A DNA stretch of 64,000 bases from the NCBI RefSeq assembly GCF_009914755.1, contig NC_060930.1. One strand, 5' to 3'. The stretch's first letter is position 1. Each line of letters opens with the position of its first letter. The translations under genes were made by a program, and so were the position numbers. This document shows, piece after piece, positions 45,384-64,000 of this stretch. The DNA comes from the human T2T-CHM13v2.0 reference genome, Homo sapiens. The notes beneath the pieces were generated by a model. It had not been told where the DNA came from. It did no database searches and saw nothing but the letters and a program-made list of their open reading frames with translations.

Positions 45384-46331
45384 TAGGAACAAGGGGGAAG
45401 TCTCTTAGTACCTCTGCCCCAGGGCACAGTGGGAAGAGGGGCAGAGGGGATCTGGCATCCATGGGAAGCATTTTTCTCATTTATATTCTTTGGGGACACC
45501 AGCAGCTCCCTGGGAGACAGAAAATAATGGTTCTCCCCAGAATGAAAGTCTCTAATTCAACAAACATCTTCAGAGCACCTACTATTTTGCAAGAGCTGTT
45601 TAAGGTAGTACAGGGGCTTTGAGGTTGAGAAGTCACTGTGGCTATTCTCAGAACCCAAATCTGGTAGGGAATGAAATTGATAGCAAGTAAATGTAGTTAA
45701 AGAAGACCCCATGAGGTCCTAAAGCAGGCAGGAAGCAAATGCTTAGGGTGTCAAAGGAAAGAATGATCACATTCAGCTGGGGATCAAGATAGCCTTCTGG
45801 ATCTTGAAGGAGAAGCTGGATTCCATTAGGTGAGGTTGAAGATGATGGGAGGTCTACACAGACGGAGCAACCATGCCAAGTAGGAGAGTATAAGGCATAC
45901 TGGGAGATTAGAAATAATTACTGTACCTTAACCCTGAGTTTGCGTAGCTATCACTCACCAATTATGCATTTCTACCCCCTGAACATCTGTGGTGTAGGGA
46001 AAAGAGAATCAGAAAGAAGCCAGCTCATACAGAGTCCAAGGGTCTTTTGGGATATTGGGTTATGATCACTGGGGTGTCATTGAAGGATCCTAAGAAAGGA
46101 GGACCACGATCTCCCTTATATGGTGAATGTGTTGTTAAGAAGTTAGATGAGAGGTGAGGAGACCAGTTAGAAAGCCAATAAGCATTTCCAGATGAGAGAT
46201 AATGGTTCTTGAAATCCAATAGTGCCCAGGTCTAAATTGAGATGGGTGAATGAGGAAAATAAGGAAGAGAGAAGAGGCAAGATGATGCCTAGGTTTGTGA
46301 TGCCTCTTTCCTGGGTCTCTTGTCTCCACAG

Positions 46332-46372
46332 GAGGAGCCATGGGGCACTACGTCTTAGCTGAACGTGAGTGA
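46332..46372 (+). CDS. HFE: HFE exon 6 coding part (cytoplasmic tail and stop)
   Basis: GAMGHYVLAERE*. Exon lengths sum to 1047 nt, which is 348 aa plus stop. Confidence 0.97.
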
Positions 46373-47353
46373 CACGCAGCCTGCAGACTCACTGTGGGAA
46401 GGAGACAAAACTAGAGACTCAAAGAGGGAGTGCATTTATGAGCTCTTCATGTTTCAGGAGAGAGTTGAACCTAAACATAGAAATTGCCTGACGAACTCCT
46501 TGATTTTAGCCTTCTCTGTTCATTTCCTCAAAAAGATTTCCCCATTTAGGTTTCTGAGTTCCTGCATGCCGGTGATCCCTAGCTGTGACCTCTCCCCTGG
46601 AACTGTCTCTCATGAACCTCAAGCTGCATCTAGAGGCTTCCTTCATTTCCTCCGTCACCTCAGAGACATACACCTATGTCATTTCATTTCCTATTTTTGG
46701 AAGAGGACTCCTTAAATTTGGGGGACTTACATGATTCATTTTAACATCTGAGAAAAGCTTTGAACCCTGGGACGTGGCTAGTCATAACCTTACCAGATTT
46801 TTACACATGTATCTATGCATTTTCTGGACCCGTTCAACTTTTCCTTTGAATCCTCTCTCTGTGTTACCCAGTAACTCATCTGTCACCAAGCCTTGGGGAT
46901 TCTTCCATCTGATTGTGATGTGAGTTGCACAGCTATGAAGGCTGTACACTGCACGAATGGAAGAGGCACCTGTCCCAGAAAAAGCATCATGGCTATCTGT
47001 GGGTAGTATGATGGGTGTTTTTAGCAGGTAGGAGGCAAATATCTTGAAAGGGGTTGTGAAGAGGTGTTTTTTCTAATTGGCATGAAGGTGTCATACAGAT
47101 TTGCAAAGTTTAATGGTGCCTTCATTTGGGATGCTACTCTAGTATTCCAGACCTGAAGAATCACAATAATTTTCTACCTGGTCTCTCCTTGTTCTGATAA
47201 TGAAAATTATGATAAGGATGATAAAAGCACTTACTTCGTGTCCGACTCTTCTGAGCACCTACTTACATGCATTACTGCATGCACTTCTTACAATAATTCT
47301 ATGAGATAGGTACTATTATCCCCATTTCTTTTTTAAATGAAGAAAGTGAAGTA

Positions 47354-47705
<352 letters not shown>

Positions 47706-48258
47706 TCAGTGATAGAAACAGGTTTCAAACTCAGTCAATCTGACCGTTTGATACATCTCAGACACCACTACATTCAGTAGTTTAGATGCCTAGAATAAAT
47801 AGAGAAGGAAGGAGATGGCTCTTCTCTTGTCTCATTGTGTTTCTTCTGAGTGAGCTTGAATCACATGAAGGGGAACAGCAGAAAACAACCAACTGATCCT
47901 CAGCTGTCATGTTTCCTTTAAAAGTCCCTGAAGGAAGGTCCTGGAATGTGACTCCCTTGCTCCTCTGTTGCTCTCTTTGGCATTCATTTCTTTGGACCCT
48001 ACGCAAGGACTGTAATTGGTGGGGACAGCTAGTGGCCCTGCTGGGCTTCACACACGGTGTCCTCCCTAGGCCAGTGCCTCTGGAGTCAGAACTCTGGTGG
48101 TATTTCCCTCAATGAAGTGGAGTAAGCTCTCTCATTTTGAGATGGTATAATGGAAGCCACCAAGTGGCTTAGAGGATGCCCAGGTCCTTCCATGGAGCCA
48201 CTGGGGTTCCGGTGCACATTAAAAAAAAAATCTAACCAGGACATTCAGGAATTGCTAG

Positions 48259-48581
<323 letters not shown>

Positions 48582-48955
48582 GTCAAAAGAGTCTTAATAT
48601 ATATATCCAGATGGCATGTGTTTACTTTATGTTACTACATGCACTTGGCTGCATAAATGTGGTACAAGCATTCTGTCTTGAAGGGCAGGTGCTTCAGGAT
48701 ACCATATACAGCTCAGAAGTTTCTTCTTTAGGCATTAAATTTTAGCAAAGATATCTCATCTCTTCTTTTAAACCATTTTCTTTTTTTGTGGTTAGAAAAG
48801 TTATGTAGAAAAAAGTAAATGTGATTTACGCTCATTGTAGAAAAGCTATAAAATGAATACAATTAAAGCTGTTATTTAATTAGCCAGTGAAAAACTATTA
48901 ACAACTTGTCTATTACCTGTTAGTATTATTGTTGCATTAAAAATGCATATACTTT

Positions 48956-48961
48956 AATAAA
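48956..48961 (+). terminator. Candidate HFE distal poly(A) signal
   Basis: AATAAA followed by T/GT-rich sequence. Confidence 0.55.
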
Positions 48962-50845
48962 TGTACATTGTATTGTATACTGCATGATTTTATTGAAGTT
49001 CTTGTTCATCTTGTGTATATACTTAATCGCTTTGTCATTTTGGAGACATTTATTTTGCTTCTAATTTCTTTACATTTTGTCTTACGGAATATTTTCATTC
49101 AACTGTGGTAGCCGAATTAATCGTGTTTCTTCACTCTAGGGACATTGTCGTCTAAGTTGTAAGACATTGGTTATTTTACCAGCAAACCATTCTGAAAGCA
49201 TATGACAAATTATTTCTCTCTTAATATCTTACTATACTGAAAGCAGACTGCTATAAGGCTTCACTTACTCTTCTACCTCATAAGGAATATGTTACAATTA
49301 ATTCATTAGGTAAGCATTTGTTTTATATTGGTTTTATTTCACCTGGGCTGAGATTTCAAGAAACACCCCAGTCTTCACAGTAACACATTTCACTAACACA
49401 TTTACTAAACATCAGCAACTGTGGCCTGTTAATTTTTTTAATAGAAATTTTAAGTCCTCATTTTCTTTCGGTGTTTTTTAAGCTTAATTTTTCTGGCTTT
49501 ATTCATAAATTCTTAAGGTCAACTACATTTGAAAAATCAAAGACCTGCATTTTAAATTCTTATTCACCTCTGGCAAAACCATTCACAAACCATGGTAGTA
49601 AAGAGAAGGGTGACACCTGGTGGCCATAGGTAAATGTACCACGGTGGTCCGGTGACCAGAGATGCAGCGCTGAGGGTTTTCCTGAAGGTAAAGGAATAAA
49701 GAATGGGTGGAGGGGCGTGCACTGGAAATCACTTGTAGAGAAAAGCCCCTGAAAATTTGAGAAAACAAACAAGAAACTACTTACCAGCTATTTGAATTGC
49801 TGGAATCACAGGCCATTGCTGAGCTGCCTGAACTGGGAACACAACAGAAGGAAAACAAACCACTCTGATAATCATTGAGTCAAGTACAGCAGGTGATTGA
49901 GGACTGCTGAGAGGTACAGGCCAAAATTCTTATGTTGTATTATAATAATGTCATCTTATAATACTGTCAGTATTTTATAAAACATTCTTCACAAACTCAC
50001 ACACATTTAAAAACAAAACACTGTCTCTAAAATCCCCAAATTTTTCATAAACTCAGTTTTAAACTAACTTTTTTTCAAACCACAATCTGATTTAACAATG
50101 ACTATCATTTAAATATTTCTGACTTTCAAATTAAAGATTTTCACATGCAGGCTGATATTTGTAATTGTGATTCTCTCTGTAGGCTTTGGGTATAATGTGT
50201 TCTTTTCCTTTTTTGCATCAGCGATTAACTTCTACACTCTAACATGTAGAATGTTACTACAATATTAAAGTATTTTGTATGACAATTTTATTTGAAAGCC
50301 TAGGATGCGTTGACATCCTGCATGCATTTATTACTTGATATGCATGCATTCTGGTATCTCAAGCATTCTATTTCTGAGTAATTGTTTAAGGTGTAGAAGA
50401 GATAGATATGGTGGATTTGGAGTTGATACTTATATATTTTCTATTTCTTGGATGGATGAATTTGTACATTAAAAGTTTTCCATGGCAGAAATCTTTTCAA
50501 AAACTTTTTTTTTCCGGGATGGATTGAAGGCCCTGATTTCACCACAATGCAATATATTAATGTAGCAAAATTGTACTTGTACCCCATGAATATATATAAT
50601 CTTAAGAAAATTTTTTTAGCCAATTATTATTACTTACTAGATATTAGGCTGTGTTCTGAATCTTAATTTAATTCCTCCAAAGAATCTTATGAGGTAGGTA
50701 GGAGCTATTGCTGCTATTCTGTTATGCTTATGTTGCTGTTATGAAACCAAGGCACAGAGAGGTTAGTTAACTTGCTGAAGAAAATGATGTGCTGGATTTT
50801 TATTCTAGCTATTCTGGAATAACAACTACACAACCTTATGTCTGA

Positions 50846-53130
<2,285 letters not shown>

Positions 53131-53816
53131 TAAACATTAAAAATTTTAAAATCTTAAAAAAAGAAAAGAAATTTTCTGTCCAGATATCTTTATTTTTAAC
53201 AAATCGAAGTGTATTAATAGTGTTTATGGGAGCGTGCCCACACAAGGACAGCAAGCCTAGGAAGTGCAAGTCAAGAAAACTTTTTGTGAAATAATTTAAA
53301 CTGAAAAGAAAAAGCAGAGATTTTTTTCTAGAAAAGTAAGGAGTGGAGGTAAAAAAAAACCACAGCAGAGACACAGGTATGCTACGGAACCAAAGGTGTG
53401 CCAATGGTACTGACAGTTTAATTCAGAAAAAAATGAATCAGAAAATGGATATTTTTAAATAAGTTAGGTTGCTGAAAAAGAGAAATGCAGTGAAGCCTTA
53501 GATGGGAGTGAGATAAATCAGCCATTGGCTAGAGGAGTTTCTTGCCCAAGACCAGTGGTGATGTCCCCAAATGCCTGGAAACAACTGTTGTGACATTATA
53601 AAGCCCCCATAGTCTAAGTTGGGTGAGACTATACTTATGCATTTTCTCACCTGTAATATAGCTTAAAAGTATTTCTACTCTGGGATTTCTTTACATTTTA
53701 CTAAAGCGCAATTATATACTTAAAACTGATAGTGTATGCTGGGCTGCTAGTCATTCTCAACCCTGGCCAATTATCAGAATTGTTTGTTGAATATATAGGT
53801 GCCATATATAGGTGCA

Positions 53817-53832
53817 TACACACACACACACA

Positions 53833-53865
<33 letters not shown>
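53817..53865. repeat. Interrupted (CA)n microsatellite
   Basis: Direct reading. Confidence 0.9.
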
Positions 53866-55925
53866 CATATTTCATTCCTCATATCGAATATTCTGAGAGA
53901 GTTAGTTTGTGGAGGGTAGTTCTGGACAATTTATATTTTCATAACACCTCTGGTTATTTTTTTTTAAGTAGAGATGAAGACTTGCTATGTTGCCCAAAAT
54001 GGTCTTGAACTCCTGAGCTCAAGCGATTCTCCCAACTCAGCCTCCTGAAGTGCTGGGATTACAGCCGTGAGCCACTGCATTAACCTCTGATTAATATCAT
54101 AGATTAACCTCTGATTAATATCATAGATTTATTTGTTTGAATGCTTCATGTATCCTCTCAACCACAACTTGTTTGCAGAGTTTTAATCTGAAGGGCTTAG
54201 GTCTCTTGTTCAATGAATGAGTTTGATCTGATGGGTGAGAGGAAGGTGAAATGGAAAGCGAACGAGAAGCCATACAGATTAGGCGAGTGAGCCTAATCTC
54301 TCCCTAACCATAAGATTGAGTATGCCTGAATTCTTCGCAGAGTGGAAGAATCCATTTTAAATATATATATCTACATGTACAGATCCTTTAAATATTTGTT
54401 CTGACATTCATTGTTTTTGAGTCACTGTCATTGAGAAAAGTTTAGAAAGGAGATATTAGGAGCAGGAAATAGAAAGTAAATAAAATATCAAAATAAAAAT
54501 GGGGTTTTATAAATGATATAATAGGCAAAATAAAGGAAAGGCATCCTAGACCTCTGGTTAAAATGAAGATGGCACTTGGCGAGATGTGTTCCAGGGTAGT
54601 TCACATGATGTATGTTTTCAGAGAATTGTCATATTGCATATGCTGCTATATTTTTTATTTTCATGAATTAAAAGGCATGTTGAGATTTCAGAGTTTTACT
54701 TATGATCTCAGACTCTGCATTTTTTCTCTGTAATGTTTGACATTTCTTCCTAGCTAAGTCTCTAGTTATAAGGTCTGTGTTGTGGCATGTGGACAGTGAG
54801 TGGAAGAACCTAAGAACTCAATTTGGGGCAGAAGAATGTAATCAATTATTTCAGAAGTGATACAAACAATATGACATGTAGAGCATTCTGGCCTTTCCTG
54901 GGTCTTTTTTCTCCATTCCTGGATTTCTTCTCTTCATGTGAGCAAGTCTGAGGTTACTATATAATGTCTCTCACAGGCCACAGCCCCATTCTAAATATTC
55001 CCAATAGAAATTCATTTATTAACCAGAGAGTGGTGGGTGGGGTTGTTTTTGTTTTTTAAACAAAAGTGGATCTTATGGGCATTCTGGAAAGCTCCCGCAG
55101 GAAGCTAAGAATAAAATTTTGAATTGAGAAGTCCCTTTCTTCAAACCACATTCAGACCCAATTCTGCTATTCTATTTATTTTTCAAGGGGATTAGCCTTA
55201 TTTTAACACCAATAATCTTATCACAAAAACCTCCCAGAGGAAGACCCTGTAGATTTTGTAATGACCTTAATCAAGTATTAGCCCTACACTTCAATTAATC
55301 CCCAACTGTACAAAACGAATGTTCTTTTCTCTAAAGCTGTAGCAAGTTGAAAGGGGATTAAAAACGGAGGGAAGGGAAGAGTGTTTGGAATTTCAGGCAC
55401 AGCAAACAGGCACAGCAGACCAGGAAGAGCGTCCCGGGAAAACATATTATCCAGACTTAAGTTTATATTCCCTGTCTCTCTCAGACTTTTGCAGAAAAAT
55501 GAGTCATTCAACAAATATTTGAATCGAGATAGGGAAAGTGACGAGGAAGAAGTTTGCACTTATGAGGTTTTAATTTGCAATTATTTGGCTACCTTTTTGC
55601 CTTCCCAAAACATAGGGTCTTTAGGAGTGAAACTTCATAGCCAAACTTATACCTTGTCCAGCACAGAGAAGGCCATCAAAATGCCTGGTTTAAATAAAAA
55701 TATTAAAATGATTGGGAGGGTAAATCCCTTGACCTATAAATCTGACCTCCTTTAAACATTATTTGTATGTTCCCCAATAAACTATTCCGTAATTTATTAG
55801 TTAGCAAGTGGAAATAAAAAGAAATGTGGAATGGGGCTATGCTTAGCGTCATTAAGCTGACAGGAATACAGCGCATTCAACTTGCAAACACCCTTCCACT
55901 CCCACAAAGAGCAAGCTGTCACTGG

Positions 55926-56407
<482 letters not shown>

Positions 56408-56464
56408 ATCTAAGAATACGCGGTCTCCTGAGAACTTCAAAAAACAAAAACAAAAAAACCCAAA

Positions 56465-56505
56465 GGCCCTTTTCAGGGCCGCTCACAAAGTCGTTTAAAG
56501 AGCTG
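56465..56505 (+). terminator. H4C3 stem-loop (56465-56480) and HDE (56497-56505)
   Basis: GGCCCTTTTCAGGGCC followed by AAAGAGCTG. Confidence 0.95.
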
Positions 56506-56672
56506 AAATGCGTTGCGAGAATGAGTTTGGATGACAGAAATAACCGTGACATCCTGCATAAGAATGAATTGTGTTTGCCATGACCGGCCACACTGTGACA
56601 AAATTTCAAAGCATAAAGTAGGCATAGAGAGGTAAGCGCTAATAAAGTGATTGGCTCCACAAAAAGCATTTT

Positions 56673-56919
56673 GCTGGGCGCAGTGGCTCACGACTGTAAT
56701 CCCAGCACTTTGGGAGGCCAAAGCTAGTGTATCACTTGAGATCAAGAATCCGAGACCAGCCTGGCCAAAATGGTGAAACCCCCTCTACCAAAAAAAATAC
56801 AAAACTTAGCCGGGCGTGGTGGTCTGCACCTGTAGGCCCAGCTAGCCCGGAAGCAGAGATTGCAGTGAGCCGAGATCGCGCCACTCCCCTCCAGCCTGGG
56901 AGACAGAGAGAGACTCCTC

Positions 56920-56950
<31 letters not shown>

Positions 56951-57440
56951 ATGTATTTTAGAGCATTCTAAGAATGGTACTTTGGACTTAACCGAAGGGC
57001 TGGAGGCGCGTGTTGAACAAAGGTTATCACCTTTTGGCTCATGCGGCACACAGCTATGTAAATAAAGCATCTTTAGGGACAAGCTCTCATTTGCGGAGGG
57101 TTCTATGGCTGTTGTCCTATTGGCCAAAACAAAGTGGTCTAAGTCCGGGCGCGGTGGCTCACGCCTGTATTCCCAGCAGTTTGGTAGGCCAAGGTGGGTG
57201 GATCACGAGGTCTGGCGTTCAAGACCAGCCTGGCCAAGATGGTGAAACCCCGTCTACTAAAAATACAAAAATTAGCCGGGCGTGGTGGCGGGCACCTGTA
57301 ATCCCAGCTACGTGGGAGGCTGAGCCAGAGAACTGCTTGAACCCAGGAGGCAGAGGTTGCAGTGAACCGAGATTGTGCCACTGCACTCTAGCCTGGGTGA
57401 CAGAGCGAGGCTCCATCCAAAACAAAACAAAACAAAAAAG
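56673..57440 (+). mobile_element. Two Alus (about 56673-56948 and 57143-57440)
   Basis: Alu bodies with A-rich tails. The second has TSD AAAGTGGTCTAA. Confidence 0.9.
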
Positions 57441-59047
57441 TGGTCTAATAATCCCCAGAACTGGAGGAAGAACCATAACTTATTGATTTTGTTTTTAACC
57501 TTATGTATGCCAGGCATGCTAGCCTTGTATACATACAAGGCTAGAGGAGCAAAGGTGCAGGAAGCCATCTTGAGGGAGTCCCATATTATTGAGAGACCGG
57601 CCAGCTGCTGGGAGAGGCTAGTTGTTCATCCTCACTGTATGTGATGAGAATCTGGTGACAGTCCATTGCTGGGCACAGCATTTAGGCAAAATGGCTCTCT
57701 GCTATGTCAGGCAAGTGAGGCATATTTTTGCACAATCCTAGTAATTCCGAACTCATTGGGAAACAATGGCAATTACATCCAAGCAAGGAAAGGTCTGTGG
57801 TTGATTTTATCTATACAAATTTAAAACATAATGTTTACAACCTTTCATTATAGGACACAATTTTTAAAAAGATGCCAAACTATACAAATAAGTTCAGAAA
57901 AGTGAGGTACTATTGAACCGTCTGGAAAACATAAATGTATGTGAAATAATGCAATGCATAGTTTTGCAGGGGACTTTGTTCAAAGTTTCTCGAAATACCA
58001 TGGTCCAAAGTAGACTAACATTAGCATTGGTTATTTATGATGATCAGTAAGAATACTAAATCAAAAATCAAAGGAAAATTAAACTATGTCTGTTTAAAGA
58101 GAAACGTAGTTTACCTCAGACTGAGAGTTAAAACAAGTTTGTGATTCAGGAAGGTGGAATTCAGAACCTAATTGGGCAGCCTCCAACATTTCCATTAAGG
58201 TTTGGATTCTTAAAATTTTTCAGTCTTCGGTATGCTCTGGTAGTCTGATGAAACTTACAGATTCTTTTCATAAATAAGATACTTAAAGTAATTCATAGGG
58301 TTACAATTGTATTAGACCAATAATATTAAAATAATTATCAAACCACTTGACCGTAATATGTGTGTTTTTGTTGATATACCTAATAGTACTTCGGAAATAA
58401 GCAAGCACGATTTCCAGATTCTTGCAACAACTATAACCTACAAATTTGTTATTTCTATCAGTCACACACAATGGAAGAAAATTCTAAATTTCAGCTACAG
58501 GATAATGAATAGATGAAAAACAACAACAACAACAACAACAAAAAAACTCCCCTAATCCATATTCTGGGACACCTTGATTCCTATTTATTGATCCCTTGAA
58601 GTCAGTGGATAGCATATTAAGAAACAATAGTTACAATGACACCACAGAAAGACTAGAATGTAGTACTTGTGTTAAAAAAAAAAAAAGTATCAGCAAGTTA
58701 TGTTTGGATGCCAAATTGCTCTCCACTTCCCTTCCCTGACACTGGCATTTCCAGAACTTAGATGCTCTTACATGTAAAAGCCTCCTCTAGTGCACCATCG
58801 AGCTTTTCAGGATTGGACATCAGACTTTTTAGTTCCTGGACCTCTAGATATACGGCAGTCTCTGACAAGAAGCCCTTTTTCTGTTTTAACTTTTTTTTTT
58901 TTTAAGTTTTGAGACAACGTCTGACTCGCTGTCACCCAGGCTGGAGTGAGGTAGCACCATCATAGCTCACTGTATCCTTAAACGCCTGGGTGCAGGGACT
59001 AAGGGAGCGTGCCAACCATGCTTGACTAATTTACTTTTTTGTAAAAC

Positions 59048-59397
59048 CAGTAGTCTCCAACCTTTTTGACACAAGAGACCGTTTTGTGTAAGACAATTAT
59101 ACCACGGACCAGGGGGTGCAGGGGCTGGGAGCAATGATTTCCGGACTAAAACTGCTCCAACCTCAGATCATCAGGCATTAGATTGTCACAAGGAGCCTGA
59201 AACCTAGATCCCTTGCATGTGCCATTCACAATACAGTTTGAGCTTATGAGAATCTATCTAATGCTGCAGCTAACCTGACAGGCGGTGGAGCTCAGTTGGT
59301 TAATGTTCGCTCACCCCTCAGCTGTGCGGCTCAATTCATAACGTGCCATGGACAGGGACCGGTTACCGGTCGGTGGCCGGGGAAATGAGGACCCCTG
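59048..59397 (-). mobile_element. MER1B hAT-Charlie element inserted in an old minus-strand Alu (about 58890-59480)
   Basis: Terminal inverted repeats CAGTAGTCTCCAA / GAGGACCCCTG. Internal CAGATCATCAGGCATTAGATT..CCTAGATCCCT matches the recalled MER1B consensus. Confidence 0.75.
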
Positions 59398-59564
59398 GTA
59401 TAGATGGTAGTCTGGCTATGTTGCCCAGGATGGTCTTGAAGCCTGGCCTGAATTAATTCTCCAATCTCAAGCCTTTTCAACTCAGCTGCATCACAACTTA
59501 AACCTATAGATAACTGTCACAGAAACTTGTTTCCAGTGTTACGCCATCTTAAAATAATGTGGGT

Positions 59565-59580
59565 GGCTCTTAAAAGAGCC
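59565..59580 (-). terminator. H1-6 histone stem-loop
   Basis: Minus strand reads GGCTCTTTTAAGAGCC-ACCCA. Confidence 0.93.
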
Positions 59581-59617
59581 TTTGGGTTCTTTCCAAATTG
59601 GCCTCCCGGAAAGCTCT

Positions 59618-60241
59618 TTACTTCTTAGATGTGGCCTTTCTAACATTAACTTCATGATGTTGGGTCAATTTTGACTTCGAAGCCCTTGCCTTCACTGGGC
59701 TCTTCTGCTGTTGCTTACCCTTGGCTCCTTTAGCCTTTCTCCCGCTCCTAACAGTTTTAGGAGTTGTCGCTCTCGGCTTCTTGGCTCTCTTATTGGTTTT
59801 AGCAGTCTTTGGTGACTTGGAGTCCCTGGATAAAACCAGCTTCTTGGTCTTGGCAGAAACTGACTTTTTAGCCTTGCTTCTGGTAGATTTAGGAATCACC
59901 TTCTTACTAAGCTTAAAGGAACCGGAAGCACCAGTACCCCTGGTTTGCACCAGGATTCCCTTGTTCACTAAGCTCTTGAGGGACAGTTTGATGCGGCTGT
60001 TATTCTTCTCTACGTCGTAGCCAGCAGCGGCCAATGCCTTCTTGAGCGCAACCAAAGACATACCTACTCGTTCCTGTGACACTGAAAGGGCCTCGGTGAT
60101 CAACTTGGACACAGAGAGGTTCGGCACTTTGCGACTTGCACTTATCAAGCCAGCCGGCTTCCTCCCTCGCTTCTTGGTTGGAAGTTTCTCCATAGCGGCT
60201 ACACCAGCACTGGCAGAAGCTGCAGGCACGGTTTCAGACAT
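59618..60241 (-). CDS. H1-6: Testis-specific linker histone H1t (207 aa)
   Basis: ATG at 60241 gives [28 protein letters not shown]...NVRKATSKK*. 624 nt. Confidence 0.97.
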
Positions 60242-60308
60242 AACAACAGAGAAACGCAAGATGTAATAACCAGCGAAAAGCATGAAACACCCGGGCGGCC
60301 TCGGGGCC

Positions 60309-60388
60309 TTATATAGGGTAGGGCGCGCTGTGATTGGTGCATCACCTAGGCACCGCCCCCGCCCCTTGGAGGAGGAGTATTTGTGTTT
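60309..60388 (-). promoter_or_regulatory. H1t promoter: TATA (60309-60315), CCAAT (60333-60337), TE element CCTAGG (60345-60350), GC box, H1/AC box (60382-60388)
   Basis: Motifs read directly. The order matches the known H1t promoter, where TE is the RFX-binding testis element. Confidence 0.88.
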
Positions 60389-61175
60389 GTTTTACCCGGA
60401 AAAGTTGAGTATAACAAAACCCCTCTTTACAGAATCTCCCAGGGTCTAGTGCTGAATAATCTGCGGAAATTCATATTTGACATGACTTTTCTCTTTTTAA
60501 TGAAAAATGACCCTGGATGCCAAAACTATTCGAGAAAGCCCTCGATTTTCAATCAAATTCACGGAGAGGAACAAAACTTCCCCTTTTCCTTGTAAATTAA
60601 TAAGTAATCTTTGGCAGAAGACTTATTTCATCTCTTCAGAGTGGTCTTCCAAATGGATAGCTTCAAATCGGTAGAGGAAAGAAATTATTCACGCCATGAT
60701 TTTTATTTAAAATTATTTATATATGTGAGGGAAGTAACACAGATCTCTTAGCTGTCTAATTGCGGAGTCAGAAGATGCTTATAGAATTGTCAAAAGACTG
60801 CAGAGGATGTCTTTATTTAGGCATGTGCAATCTAATAAATCATAATCCACAGGAACATGGGTTGTCTGTAATTAAAGGTGCTCCCAAGTCCCTGTAGCTT
60901 TATAGAGGACTCTCAAGGATGGGGTAATATCAAGATCTCACACATTATGTAAGATTGGCCATAATCAGGCCACTCTCATGACCGGTGTCCTCAACTGAGT
61001 TTTGCTTCTGGTTTCATTAATTGAAGTCCCCTCTATCCCCCTGCCCACCCCTACATCCCCAGATAAACAGACACAGTCCCTCCCCTAAATTAACTATAAA
61101 ACATGAGGTAGGAACCCTAGACTCAAGAACCTACTAGAAACTACAGACCCCATGTCTAACAAGACTGGGCGGGTT

Positions 61176-63375
<2,200 letters not shown>

Positions 63376-64000
63376 CAGGAAATTCAGTCTTCTAAACATT
63401 CATTATTGAAATAATATTTCCATAAACATTTTCTTAGATAAACTTTGGCATCTCTAACTTCTAAGTAGCAAAGTCATGGAAACAGTCACAGAGAAAATAA
63501 CTTTATTTTAAAAATAATAAATTCTTATCTCCGGTGATAAGAAAAGTATACAGCCCATTTTTTAAAGTATTAATTTTACATTCTAATTTGGTTTTTTTAA
63601 TGTTTACCATATATTTCTCTTTCTACATATGTGTGTGAGTGAATAAAATAAAGGCATCTACAGATTTTTACATGTTCAGTGAGATTAGCAGGGTTTCACT
63701 TGACAGCACTCTTACCATACTCACTTCTTGGCTTTTCCTGATATCTAACATTTTTAAAATGAGTAGTCCCTTTTCATATGATTCTTCCTTTTTCAAGCAC
63801 TATTTTTGAACTTTATATTTGATTGGCAATAATTTTTACAGACATTATTTTACGATTAACTTTAACTCTGTTCAAATGATTTCTTCATTTTCAAGTATTT
63901 TATTTGAACTGCTTTTTTTGGTTCAACTACTGAGTATTTAATTTGTCTGTTTTGTAGAAAGGGTATGTAGATAATTCCATGTTTTGTAAAAGTTGTCTCT

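Overview
Human genomic DNA from the 6p22.2 HIST1 histone cluster. It holds four intact genes: H1-2 (H1.2, minus), HFE (6 coding exons, plus), H4C3 (plus) and the testis linker histone H1-6/H1t (minus). These sit in dense Alu/LTR/L1/L2/MER repeats that include a 6.7 kb LTR2-flanked Harlequin/HERV-E-type mosaic provirus. The HFE allele is H63D on the intronic C-T-A background, with C282 and S65 wild type. The most notable unexplained signal is a decayed MHC class I-like alpha3 (Ig-C1) exon at 24375-24635, about 15 kb upstream of HFE in the same orientation, with candidate leader and TM remnants. It looks like a dead HFE-like paralog. Other signals: three adjacent near-perfect hairpins at 15651-15751, a gene-less CDE/CHR+CCAAT element 3' of H1-2, a 15-bp distal motif shared by both H1 promoters, a TSD-flanked 33-nt U2 retrocopy, and an antisense LTR poly(A) site upstream of HFE. 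Repeat family names are from memory of consensus sequences, not from a database search.
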